Below are positions 1 through 8,743 of a DNA stretch of 64,000 nucleotides, piece by piece; position 1 is the first letter of the stretch; the number at the start of each line of letters is the position of its first letter. Position numbers and translations under genes: made by a program. The DNA comes from an uncultured Pseudobdellovibrionaceae bacterium (GTDB lineage: Bacteria; Bdellovibrionota; Bdellovibrionia; Bdellovibrionales; JAGQZY01): assembly GCA_964579625.1 (NCBI GenBank), contig CAZOGU010000001.1:8572-72571 (forward strand), given 5' to 3'. The notes beneath the pieces were generated by a model. That model saw only the letters and a program-made list of their open reading frames with translations, did no database searches and was not told where the DNA came from.

Positions 1-68
1 CTTGTGACAGTTTTCCCTCTGTAAAATGCGTCCTTTCCATTAAAAATGAACCCCTTACGGTCCCTTTC

Positions 69-1241
69 TTGGCACCTGGTATGCAGTATCTCTTTGGTAT
101 GGGGACGAAGAACAATCGCAACTTATTCTATTTCGCTGCCGGTTTGGCTCTGGTCTTAATGATCATGAGCTGGAGCACAACGGACACTTCTTCGAAACCG
201 AAGAGCTGGCTGCCGTGGTCCACAGCAACACTTGAAGCTGAAACAGAAGAAGCTTCACATCCTCGTTTATCTTCACCTCGTACACAGTGGAAACGTGTTT
301 ATCTTAAAAAAGACAAAACCTCAGGCAATGAATATCAGCCCACCACGAACACCGTGAACTCTTACACTCCTAGCACCGAGTACCAACATCCTTTGGTGGC
401 TTCGACAAAGTTCATTAGCAAAAAAGATCAAAAGAAAGCCAAAAAGGGCAAAAAGAAATCGGCCCTTCAGGCAAAAGGCAAAGGGAAAGAAAAAAGCAAT
501 CGTGAGTTTGGACTTTCCGACACAGAAGAAGACATGAGTTCCGACAATCGAACTGCAGCGTTTCCACAACCAAATCCCAATGCCAACAATCAGCAAGCAC
601 AAAACAACACTGAGAAAGAAAAAGAAGAAGAGGACAACCTCAACTCTATGGAGTATTGGGAAGAGCCTATCTTTGTAAACGAGGATAGCGCCATGCTTTC
701 CAAGTTGATTGAATCTTTTCAGGTTAAAAAAGTCTCGAACAATATCTTTTATGACCTTGTCGCAGAAATGCGTCAGGACGAGCGCGTGCAAATTCGTCAG
801 TTTGGACTCACAGCTCTCACTTCGACACCCAGCGTGCGCAGCTTTTCGGAGCTCGCCCTTATGAAAAACGGTGATCCTGATGCGGATCTTCGTCAATCTG
901 CGCGCCAAGAAGTTGCCAATTACTATCAAGAGAAAAAACTTTCACACGTGGTCTCTGCTCTCAAGGTCGCGACCACTCCAACCTCAAAAACAGCTTACGA
1001 AGCTCTTGTTGTGTTGGACGAAGCCACCAGGAAGTATTCCAATTTAGCACCGCTGGACGAAAACAATCCCACACCCAAAGCAGCCAATCTATCAAATATC
1101 AAACCGCGCTTTGAACAGGCGCTCTCTGTGATCGAGCAAACTCGACTCACCGAATCGACCGACGCCAAAGTAAAAGCTCAGGCCGTACAAACTGAAGGTT
1201 CTTTGAGCAACTTTTTACAAAGCACCCAAGCGACTCTCTAG
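69..1241 (+). CDS. hypothetical N-terminally membrane-anchored protein with a Lys/Glu/Asn-rich low-complexity centre
   Basis: Longest ORF in the region. Basic residues are followed by the hydrophobic segment LFYFAAGLALVLMIM. No family recognised. The track start at 69 is TTG. In-frame ATGs occur at 81 and 99, and 99 is favoured given the sigma-54-like promoter at 70-85. Confidence 0.5.
   Translation: MAPGMQYLFGMGTKNNRNLFYFAAGLALVLMIMSWSTTDTSSKPKSWLPWSTATLEAETEEASHPRLSSPRTQWKRVYLKKDKTSGNEYQPTTNTVNSYTPSTEYQHPLVASTKFISKKDQKKAKKGKKKSALQAKGKGKEKSNREFGLSDTEEDMSSDNRTAAFPQPNPNANNQQAQNNTEKEKEEEDNLNSMEYWEEPIFVNEDSAMLSKLIESFQVKKVSNNIFYDLVAEMRQDERVQIRQFGLTALTSTPSVRSFSELALMKNGDPDADLRQSARQEVANYYQEKKLSHVVSALKVATTPTSKTAYEALVVLDEATRKYSNLAPLDENNPTPKAANLSNIKPRFEQALSVIEQTRLTESTDAKVKAQAVQTEGSLSNFLQSTQATL
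70..85 (+). promoter_or_regulatory. sigma-54 (-24/-12) type promoter candidate, TGGCAC-N5-ATGCA
   Basis: TGGCAC at 70-75 and ATGCA at 81-85, against the consensus TGGCAC-N5-TTGCW. The predicted +1 is near 96, three nt before ATG 99. Confidence 0.4.
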
Positions 1242-1296
1242 ACACACAGTAGAGCCCCCTAGACAACTCCCGGCCTACGACCTATGATGGTTTTCC

Positions 1297-2019
1297 ATGC
1301 TTATTTTGATCAAATGTCTTTTATTCCTCCTGCCGTTTTCCATGGCGGAGTTTAGTTTATCCACCGGGCTGACCAAAGAAAATCGTGTCGCTGTGCTGGA
1401 GGTTTTGGGACTCGGTTCGAGCGTTAAAAATATCTCAACGCTTGCCCCTCTGGGCACCGATAGTGGCCTCGAAGTGGCCATTGCCTTTGAGTTTATCAAC
1501 ACCGATACGATTAATAATTATATCACTGACGAACAATCGCAAAACACTTTGTACTATCCTAAAATCATCATCGGTAAAGGTATTTACGATCACCTGGATT
1601 TGTACTTTCAGTTTATTCCTTACACCGCTACTTTTGGTATTTCCGAATTTGGCAGCCTCTTGCGCTACAATTTTTATAAAATGTCGGAGTCCCCATTTTA
1701 TATCACCGGCATGATTCACGCGAACAGTGCTAATTTTAACAACCAACTGGTCAGCCGAAACTTAGGCACGGATCTTATGTTTGGCTATGGCGCTCCTCCC
1801 CTCTCTATTTTTACAACTCTGGGCTGGGTCGGGGCTTATGGAAAATTTGTAGGTGGCACAAGCGGAATCACCGACACAGGAGTACCTGAAAAAGAAGAGG
1901 TCAATGCCCTTCATGCCGCGCTTGGAATCAATTCGCAGTGGAATTACATAAACATGACACTTTCTTTGGATTATTACGTTGAGCCCGTGTACACCGCTAA
2001 AATCAGTTTAATTTTTTAA
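1297..2019 (+). CDS. hypothetical secreted protein, possible outer-membrane beta-barrel
   Basis: Signal-like N-terminus MLILIKCLLFLLPFSMA. Gly/aromatic-rich alternating pattern. C-terminus ...AKISLIF ends in Phe, as in many outer-membrane proteins. Confidence 0.4.
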   Translation: MLILIKCLLFLLPFSMAEFSLSTGLTKENRVAVLEVLGLGSSVKNISTLAPLGTDSGLEVAIAFEFINTDTINNYITDEQSQNTLYYPKIIIGKGIYDHLDLYFQFIPYTATFGISEFGSLLRYNFYKMSESPFYITGMIHANSANFNNQLVSRNLGTDLMFGYGAPPLSIFTTLGWVGAYGKFVGGTSGITDTGVPEKEEVNALHAALGINSQWNYINMTLSLDYYVEPVYTAKISLIF

Positions 2020-2036
2020 AAGAAGGAGTTTTTAAA

Positions 2037-2882
2037 ATGGAGACCGTGACAGACATTATGACAAAATCAGAGCAAATTTATTTAAAATTGATCGAATACG
2101 CAATGGCTTATGGATTTAAAATTATCGCAGCGATTATCATCGTCGTTGTGGGATTTTGGTTGGCCAATCGAATCACACGCGTTTTAAATAACAAGGGCCT
2201 TGATCAAAAAGAACTCGATACAACCATTATCGTTTATCTGACACGTATTTTTAATGTCGCGCTAAAAATCTTAGTCGTTATTGTTGCGGCGGGAGTTTTG
2301 GGTGTGGAGACAACCTCCTTTGTCGCCATCTTGGGAGCTGCGGGATTAGCGGTTGGTTTGGCTCTGCAAGGAAGTTTAGCCAACTTCGCAGGTGGCGTTT
2401 TAATTCTTGTTCTACGACCGTTTCGCGTTGGCGATTTGATTGTAGCACAAGACCAAGAAGGCATCGTAACAACGATCGATATCTTCTACACAACTCTCAC
2501 CCGCACCGACAACCGACGTGTAATCCTTCCCAATGGTCCACTGATTGGAAATGTCATCACCAATTCCACAGCCGAACTCACACGGCGAGTGGATGTTTTA
2601 GTGGGTATTGCGTACAGCGACGATGTCGATAAGGCAGAAAAAATTCTTCTCGATTTGGCCAAACAAAACCCAATGGTTTTAGCTCATCCAGAGCCCATGG
2701 TCGGAATTTTAAACTTTGGCGACAGCTCGGTGAATCTGACTTTCCGCACATGGTGCAAAACAGACGATTATTGGCCGGCTTATTTTGATTTGCACAAACA
2801 AACCAAAAAAGCACTGGATGCTGGTGGCATTACAATCCCATTTCCACAACGCGAGATTCGCATTTTAAATCAGGAAAAATAA
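2037..2882 (+). CDS. mscS: small-conductance mechanosensitive channel (MscS family)
   Basis: N-terminal TM helices followed by the MscS core ...GSLANFAGGVLILVLRPFRVGDLI.... AAGGAG lies 8 nt upstream of the ATG. Confidence 0.85.
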   Translation: METVTDIMTKSEQIYLKLIEYAMAYGFKIIAAIIIVVVGFWLANRITRVLNNKGLDQKELDTTIIVYLTRIFNVALKILVVIVAAGVLGVETTSFVAILGAAGLAVGLALQGSLANFAGGVLILVLRPFRVGDLIVAQDQEGIVTTIDIFYTTLTRTDNRRVILPNGPLIGNVITNSTAELTRRVDVLVGIAYSDDVDKAEKILLDLAKQNPMVLAHPEPMVGILNFGDSSVNLTFRTWCKTDDYWPAYFDLHKQTKKALDAGGITIPFPQREIRILNQEK

Positions 2883-2895
2883 TTTAGGACAGACC

Positions 2896-3351
2896 CTATT
2901 TTTTAAGATTGGCTTTTTCGATGATTTTGGTCGTTGATTTGCCATCGATAAAGGTCAGTGAGCACACTTGGCCGCCATAGCTTTGCACAAAATGGCCGCC
3001 GACGATTTGGTCCACGGACCAATCGCCGCCTTTGACTAAAATATCTGGCTTGATTTGCTCAATCAAATTTTGTGGAGTGTCTTCACGAAAAATAACAGTC
3101 TCATCCACCGATTTTAGCGACTTTAAAATCTCGGCCCGATCTTGTTGATTTTGAATCGGGCGCGTGGGTCCTTTGAGTCGTTTGACGCTGTCATCAGAGT
3201 TTACACCGATGATGAGAAAGTCACCCAGCTTTTTGGCTTCTGAAAGATAGCGAACATGCCCCACATGCAACAGATCAAAACAACCATTGGTAAATACAAT
3301 TTTCTTTTTTTGGGACCGTAGGTTTTGCAGCTGAGCCAACAACTCTTTCAT
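2896..3351 (-). CDS. rfaE2: D-glycero-beta-D-manno-heptose 1-phosphate adenylyltransferase (RfaE domain II type cytidylyltransferase)
   Basis: Nucleotidyltransferase motif FTNGCFDLLHVGHVRYL and a size of about 150 aa. Confidence 0.75.
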   Translation of the reverse strand: MKELLAQLQNLRSQKKKIVFTNGCFDLLHVGHVRYLSEAKKLGDFLIIGVNSDDSVKRLKGPTRPIQNQQDRAEILKSLKSVDETVIFREDTPQNLIEQIKPDILVKGGDWSVDQIVGGHFVQSYGGQVCSLTFIDGKSTTKIIEKANLKK

Positions 3352-3363
3352 TTCGTCACCAGA

Positions 3364-4293
3364 TCAATAATTTCTGGTGTAGAGTCGAAGCCCCGAAATC
3401 CAGTAAGCTATGTCTTTTTTAAACAAAAACGAAACAATCGGCATCAGAATAAATCCCGTCAGTGCAATCACGGTCATTCGCAATACCACTTGTGCCGGAT
3501 AAAACCACTGAAGGCGCTCTTCCTCTAAACCAAGCTGCATATCAAAAGCCCAATCACCGAGAGTGCTGCCCCACAAACCGCGTGTGCACATGTAATAAAG
3601 TGTGTAGACGCCAAAAAAGATCGCTCCCACTTCAACCCAAACACTGAGTGGTGCTTTGGTATGAAGGATCACAGCGATCAAATCAATTTTTGTAACAAGA
3701 ATCAAACTCACCAAAAATAAAGCGCTTAAACCCGAAATCACAAGCAAGTCGAGCACGGCCGACGTAAAGCTTGAAGTCACCGGCGTGTACTGAGGCTTCA
3801 CTTCCACCGTTTGATGGAAGAACGGACGGCGGAATCCTACTTTTGGAAAAGCTTTTTCGAGAGTGTTGTTAAGACTTACATCCACACGGCCTTCGGGAAC
3901 CAATTCTGGATCGTCGGTGGAAATCTGCGGAAGCTCTGCCGGTGCGGTGATGGGCTGAGGTGCTGGTGCTGGCATGTAATCCGCACGCCCCACAGGCATA
4001 TGCACCTTAGGTTCTGATTTTTTGGGCACAGTGGTCTCAGGAGAAAACTCCATCGCCGGTGGAAGCGAGTTCAGCATATCGCTGATCATGCGGCTGGTTT
4101 TAGGAGGATTCATGTTCCAATCAATGGACTTTTCGAAAATTTCCGGCTTCGCAGAGGGCTCAATTTTTTCCGAGAACGTGAGCGACGGCGGAACAGAGCT
4201 TGTCATGATGGGCTTCGACTCCTCGGCTTTTTTATCAAAACCAAGGCCTTTGGTGATTGGCTTAAAGTCAAAATCATCCATTTCCATCAACAA
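3364..4293 (-). CDS. RDD-family-like membrane protein with a Pro-rich N-terminal region
   Basis: The C-terminal half has three TM segments with RDD-like motifs (AVLDLLVI ... GSTLGDWAFDMQL). Confidence 0.45.
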   Translation of the reverse strand: MLMEMDDFDFKPITKGLGFDKKAEESKPIMTSSVPPSLTFSEKIEPSAKPEIFEKSIDWNMNPPKTSRMISDMLNSLPPAMEFSPETTVPKKSEPKVHMPVGRADYMPAPAPQPITAPAELPQISTDDPELVPEGRVDVSLNNTLEKAFPKVGFRRPFFHQTVEVKPQYTPVTSSFTSAVLDLLVISGLSALFLVSLILVTKIDLIAVILHTKAPLSVWVEVGAIFFGVYTLYYMCTRGLWGSTLGDWAFDMQLGLEEERLQWFYPAQVVLRMTVIALTGFILMPIVSFLFKKDIAYWISGLRLYTRNY

Positions 4294-4297
4294 CTCC

Positions 4298-5062
4298 TTA
4301 AAACAGATCTATTTGATACTTTATGATGCCCAGAAGTGTGACGCAAGCCGTTTCAACCCGCAACACTTGTTGACCCAATGAGACAGGGAAAAGGTTAAAC
4401 TTTTTAAAGATTTCAACCTCTTGCGTGGAAAATCCCCCCTCACTTCCGACAAAAATCCAAAGATTTTCGAGGCTTGTCAGGGAAGAATGCTTGGTCTTCA
4501 TGGTTTCGAGGGCCGCCTTGAGACTCAATTCCCCGGCTCCTTCGTAGGCAAAAAGGCCGTCTGTGCGTGGTTGATTTTGAAATTGCTTCAGAAGTTCATC
4601 AAGATCACAGGCCGGAGCCACCTTCATCCAATCTCCGCGCCCTGTTTGTTGGGTAGCCGATTGAATGATCTTTTCAAAACGCGAGGCTTTGTTTTCGAGA
4701 ACATTTTTTTGGGTTTTTACAAAACTGTAATCCGAAAAAAAAGGATGAATTTGATAAACTCCCAACTCCACCGCTTTTTCGAGAACGGCTTCGTAAGTGG
4801 AGATCTTGGGCATGGAGAGCGCAAGATGAATCCACGGTTTTTTAAGCTCCGGGATTTTTCTTTTTTCGATCACTTGAGCTTGTGCTGATTTTTTTCCGAT
4901 TTTTTGAATTTCGACAAACAAAGCCCAACCCGTCGGGGTGAGAACTTCGAAGCGGGAGCCCACGTCTTGCCGGCAAACATCAACGATGTGATGAAATGAA
5001 TCGCCTTCGATCAGAACTTCAAGGTCATTCTCTGAGGTGTTTTCGATTCGATAGCGTCTCAT
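4298..5062 (-). CDS. rsmE: 16S rRNA (uracil1498-N3)-methyltransferase RsmE
   Basis: N-terminus MRRYRIE and C-terminus ...GSEGGFSTQEVE...SLGQQVLRVETA, typical of RsmE. ATG 5062 overlaps the prmA stop as ATGA. The track start at 5086 is probably too long. Confidence 0.8.
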   Translation of the reverse strand: MRRYRIENTSENDLEVLIEGDSFHHIVDVCRQDVGSRFEVLTPTGWALFVEIQKIGKKSAQAQVIEKRKIPELKKPWIHLALSMPKISTYEAVLEKAVELGVYQIHPFFSDYSFVKTQKNVLENKASRFEKIIQSATQQTGRGDWMKVAPACDLDELLKQFQNQPRTDGLFAYEGAGELSLKAALETMKTKHSSLTSLENLWIFVGSEGGFSTQEVEIFKKFNLFPVSLGQQVLRVETACVTLLGIIKYQIDLF

Positions 5063-5952
5063 CGGGAAAACCAATACCCGACCCACTCCTTCATCGCAAA
5101 TCGTTTTTGCGTTTTAAGGGGCCAGTCTTTAAGCATTTGTGCTAAAAATTCTTTTTCACGTTCAATCAGGATGCCGCTAAAAATAAAATGCGTTTGAGGT
5201 GTGGAGCGATTTTGAAAATCTGTTTTTAGATCGCACAGAACACCGTCGATGATGTTTGCGACGATGATATCCCACTCGCCCTCGTGGCGAGAAAAATCGT
5301 CCACCCATGTGATGTTTTCGATTTTGTTTTTTTCGAAGTTTTCCAGAGATACGCGCTTGCACTCAGGATCAATATCACTACAGAAAATTTGTGGGACCCC
5401 GAGCTTGGACATCAAAATGGCTAAAATTCCTGTCCCGGTGCCCACATCAAACGCGGACTGACAGGTGTTTTGTTTCATGTATTCAAAAATCAAATGGCTA
5501 CAGATCTGTGTCGTCTCGTGGGTGCCGGTTCCAAAGGCCATTCCTGGGTCGATAAATAAGGGCATTTTGGCTTGAGGCGGAACAGGCTTCCAGCTTGGAA
5601 CAACCCAAATATCACCCGTGAGTGGGAAGGCCTCATAGCCCTTTTTCCATTCTTCGAGCCAGTCCTTTTGATCGGCTTTGATCACAGTGACAGAGGCTTC
5701 TGGATGATGAGATTTAATTTTTTTGATGAGAGGTTGAATTGCGACGTCTGTAGAAAAGTAGGCAATCAATCGCAGATCGTGGCCTGTTTTGACAAGGGGA
5801 TTAAAACGAATATCAGGCTGAACAAAGTTGAGATTTTCGCAGACGCCCATGGCGCCCCAATGGAAGAGCTGTCCACTGATTTCATCTTCCACTCGACGAT
5901 GGAGATGCGAAATATAAACTTCGAGATATTGCGCGGGCTGTGTTTCGCTCAC
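5059..5952 (-). CDS. prmA: ribosomal protein L11 methyltransferase PrmA
   Basis: SAM-binding motif FDVGTGTGILAI plus PrmA-type N-terminal domain and length. Confidence 0.85.
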   Translation of the reverse strand: MSETQPAQYLEVYISHLHRRVEDEISGQLFHWGAMGVCENLNFVQPDIRFNPLVKTGHDLRLIAYFSTDVAIQPLIKKIKSHHPEASVTVIKADQKDWLEEWKKGYEAFPLTGDIWVVPSWKPVPPQAKMPLFIDPGMAFGTGTHETTQICSHLIFEYMKQNTCQSAFDVGTGTGILAILMSKLGVPQIFCSDIDPECKRVSLENFEKNKIENITWVDDFSRHEGEWDIIVANIIDGVLCDLKTDFQNRSTPQTHFIFSGILIEREKEFLAQMLKDWPLKTQKRFAMKEWVGYWFSR

Positions 5953-6082
5953 TTCTTCTCCAATAAGGGCAATTTAAAGCGCATCACTTGAATAGTAAAG
6001 CCGGTTTTTAAATTGGGAAACTATATGTTCTTGTTGGCTCAGACTTTTAAATCGACTATATTTGCCCTTGAGGCAAGGATTT

Positions 6083-6661
6083 ATGAAAAAAGTGATTAAA
6101 ATAGTATCTGGCCCCAATGGGAGCGGAAAGACCACCTTCGCAGAATCCCTTCTGGTACGCCAGCAAGCTGCCATTCCTTTTTTAAATCCAGATCTCATCG
6201 CCGCCGGACTCGACACCGGTAATCAAGCGGCCGCCTCATTTCAAGCAGGTCGAATTCTGCTAGAAGACATTAAAGATAAACTCAGCAAGGGTGATTCGTT
6301 TTCTTTCGAATCCACACTCAGTGGTCGAACGTATGCAAAAATCATCGAAGAAGCACGTAAAAATGATTACTCTATTGAGATTTATTTTTTATTCTTACAG
6401 AAGGTAACACAGAATATTTCTCGTATTAAGAAACGAGTGGAACAAGGTGGACACCATATTCCCACTCAAGTCGTTCGAAGACGTTATTTAAAATGTTTTC
6501 AACACTTTTGGACGCTTTATCGACCCCTCTCCGATAATTGGATGATTTTTGATAATTCTTCAACAATACCCAAATTACTCTTAGATAAGAAATCTTTCGA
6601 TTCTCTTTCTTCCGATTCGAAACTTAATTTTGAAAAACGTTTTTTGAAAGGCAAACCATGA
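6083..6661 (+). CDS. zeta-toxin family / COG4185-type P-loop ATPase
   Basis: Walker A SGPNGSGKTTFAE near the N-terminus, about 190 aa, overall zeta-toxin-like layout. ATG 6083 is preceded by AAGGA. The track start at 6062 is TTG. Confidence 0.6.
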   Translation: MKKVIKIVSGPNGSGKTTFAESLLVRQQAAIPFLNPDLIAAGLDTGNQAAASFQAGRILLEDIKDKLSKGDSFSFESTLSGRTYAKIIEEARKNDYSIEIYFLFLQKVTQNISRIKKRVEQGGHHIPTQVVRRRYLKCFQHFWTLYRPLSDNWMIFDNSSTIPKLLLDKKSFDSLSSDSKLNFEKRFLKGKP

Positions 6662-6822
6662 AACGTCATTTTTTAGAAATAAAAGATAAAAAAATTAAGA
6701 AAGCTGTAGAAGACTTTCCTAAAATTATAAAACAAAAAGAGCGTACAGCGCGCGAAAAGAAAAAGATCAGCCTACAGTTTCAAAAATTAAAGAAATATTT
6801 GAAGCCTTCAAAAATTGCCTAG
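6658..6822 (+). CDS. small highly basic ORF (54 aa) translationally coupled to the zeta-like ATPase
   Basis: It is below the 60-aa track cut-off, and I translated it by hand as MKRHFLEIKDKKIKKAVEDFPKIIKQKERTAREKKKISLQFQKLKKYLKPSKIA. Its ATG overlaps the upstream TGA (ATGA at 6658-6661). Confidence 0.3.
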   Translation: MKRHFLEIKDKKIKKAVEDFPKIIKQKERTAREKKKISLQFQKLKKYLKPSKIA

Positions 6823-6847
6823 AGTGCGTTTGAGAAGATATAAAAAG

Positions 6848-7504
6848 TTACTTCTTCTTTTTAGGAGTCGACTTTTTCTTGGAACTAAGCTTCTTTTCAA
6901 CACTCGCTAGTTGGCGTGTATTTTGAGCTTGCGGTTTTGTATCCATTTTTAAGTTGGATAGAGTCTCTAGATGTCGCTCCCCTTCCTTCATAAGACTTTT
7001 TGCTTTATCGGAACGGTTGAGTAAAGCGATTTTTTCCCCTTCAAGGGCAGCAGATGGTGCCATAAGAGCATTGACGTCAGGCGCGAGGGGTATTGATGGT
7101 TGCCTAAGAGAGCTTAAATCCAAACGATCTCCCACCATCACAGCATCGTAATCCAAAACGGCTCGGTTCTCAGGATTTTCGGATGACACAAGTTTGGCAA
7201 CGCTTAAGTACTCATCACCTTGAACGATTTCAAGCTCTCCCACCTTCACGCGGAGATCACCCACAGAAATATTTTTGATCGGATCATGCATCGGTAAACG
7301 ACGAAGAACATCGACAACCGTGCCTTTAGTAAGACCAAGCTTCCCGCCGCCATTGATAAAAAAGTTTTTGTAAACCTTGTCGTTTTTCGAAAGCGCAATA
7401 TTTTTTCGCACTTCAATGACAACAGCTTCTTTTTCAGCAGCCTGAACTTGCACCTCTAATCCTGAGAAGAGAAAGAACAGCAAAGGTAAATTGATCTTCT
7501 TCAT
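6848..7504 (-). CDS. hypothetical secreted protein
   Basis: Signal peptide MKKINLPLLFFLFSGLEVQVQA and a Lys-rich C-terminal tail. The RBS region is AACAAGGAUGGUUUAUG. Confidence 0.5.
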   Translation of the reverse strand: MKKINLPLLFFLFSGLEVQVQAAEKEAVVIEVRKNIALSKNDKVYKNFFINGGGKLGLTKGTVVDVLRRLPMHDPIKNISVGDLRVKVGELEIVQGDEYLSVAKLVSSENPENRAVLDYDAVMVGDRLDLSSLRQPSIPLAPDVNALMAPSAALEGEKIALLNRSDKAKSLMKEGERHLETLSNLKMDTKPQAQNTRQLASVEKKLSSKKKSTPKKKK

Positions 7505-7597
7505 AAACCATCCTTGTTACTAAGCTTATCGGCTCAAAATGAGATGGTTTTAACTGGACCAAGAGCTAGAAAAGTCTGGAGCTTTAAGTAGGACTAC

Positions 7598-7737
7598 TAT
7601 TCAGTCGGTAGCAGCATCGGCATCAGATACGGTTTCAGTTCAGTTTTTAGTAACCGAAAGAATAGCTAACTCATTGCAAACAGAAAACAGGACTGAAACT
7701 GTATCTGATGCCGATGCTGCTGCTTATTAGCTGAATG
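7598..7737 (+). other. long imperfect inverted repeat, about 140 nt; candidate structured RNA or extragenic palindromic element
   Basis: Positions 7611-7648 pair with 7683-7720, which is 38 positions with one mismatch. The pairs 7631/7700, 7640/7691 and 7648/7683 are G:U only when read on the plus strand. An outer stem pairs 7599-7604 with 7731-7736. The loop is 34 nt. Confidence 0.35.
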
Positions 7738-7747
7738 GACTTAACTA

Positions 7748-8605
7748 TTATTTAGCAACAAACCTTTTCATTTCCTTCACTTTTTGACAGCCAGCGGGGT
7801 TGCGATGCTCACAGGCCTTTTCGTAGATGCTGAGGCGTTCGTAAAAACTCCAGACTGATGCGTTCTTTAGTTTTTCGTCTGCAAACATGTCTTGCGCATT
7901 TTGTGCCATTTGAACATGGAGAGGTAAACTTCCGTCGATCGGAAAAATCATTCGCTCTCTATTTGTTTGTGATGGAGGAAACTCCTGACTCATCGAAAAA
8001 TAGAAGCGCAAATCCAATGTTTTGATTGCAGGTAGTTTTTCTGACAAAAACGGCTTTTGCAAAGCTTCGATCAAGAAAAGAAGAACCCAACCCTGCAACT
8101 CCCGTGGGCCCGTCATCGATTCTTCAAAAATGCGCAAAAGCTCTCCCCTTCGTCCCAAGCGAACACGCACCTGAACGACACCTTGAATGCGTTCGCGAAT
8201 ATGTTCGGGCCGATACGAAGCATGGGCGCGGATCTGACGCCAGATTCTAGGCAGCAAACGATCATTGTCGATTGTTTTTTGCAAATCGATCACCGTATCG
8301 CCTGACGAAACTTCGATGTCTTGAATGGACTCACCACTCGATTTTTTTTGCCCGTAGACCTCGCGGGCCATGTCTCCAAAACTGCTGTGTAAAAGTTTGG
8401 AAAGATGGCCGTTTTTTTTAATTGTTTTGCGATGGGATTTTTTGGAATTCTGTTGTGGTTCAGCAGATGTATTGCTCGCTGCCCATTCGATAAAAAGTGG
8501 TTCCCTGACCTCTGCGATGGGAGTGTTTTGCTTTTTTAGAAACACGTACAGTGTGAGATGTATAAAAAGAGAGAGAATAATTCCAAAACAAACAAAGCGA
8601 TTCAT
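7748..8605 (-). CDS. TonB-like energy transducer family protein
   Basis: A single N-terminal TM (FGIILSLFIHLTLYVFL), a linker, and a C-terminal region (...IQGVVQVRVRLGRRGELL...) resembling the TonB C-terminal fold. Confidence 0.4.
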   Translation of the reverse strand: MNRFVCFGIILSLFIHLTLYVFLKKQNTPIAEVREPLFIEWAASNTSAEPQQNSKKSHRKTIKKNGHLSKLLHSSFGDMAREVYGQKKSSGESIQDIEVSSGDTVIDLQKTIDNDRLLPRIWRQIRAHASYRPEHIRERIQGVVQVRVRLGRRGELLRIFEESMTGPRELQGWVLLFLIEALQKPFLSEKLPAIKTLDLRFYFSMSQEFPPSQTNRERMIFPIDGSLPLHVQMAQNAQDMFADEKLKNASVWSFYERLSIYEKACEHRNPAGCQKVKEMKRFVAK

Positions 8606-8670
8606 TAAGCCTTAGAATCGATAGAAATGTGTCAGCACACAAGCACGCTTGGAGAATGAGAACTGCAGTT

Positions 8671-8743
8671 GAGTCGGATGTGAGATCCTTCGCTTCGCTC
8701 AGGATGACGAGGTCATACTTAGGCGGCTTGGATTTGGGCCGTC
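8671..8743 (-). repeat. short extragenic repeat, copy A (core GAGATCCTTCGCTTCGCTCAGGATGACG)
   Basis: Lies directly 3' of the amidohydrolase gene. Stem ATCCT/AGGAT. About 70 nt are similar to copy B. Confidence 0.55.

Noticed and set aside
321-929. 202-aa minus-strand ORF antisense to the first gene.
   Set aside because: It is fully nested antisense to a longer ORF, with Phe/Leu-rich composition typical of the complement of a Lys/Glu-rich gene. It has no RBS.
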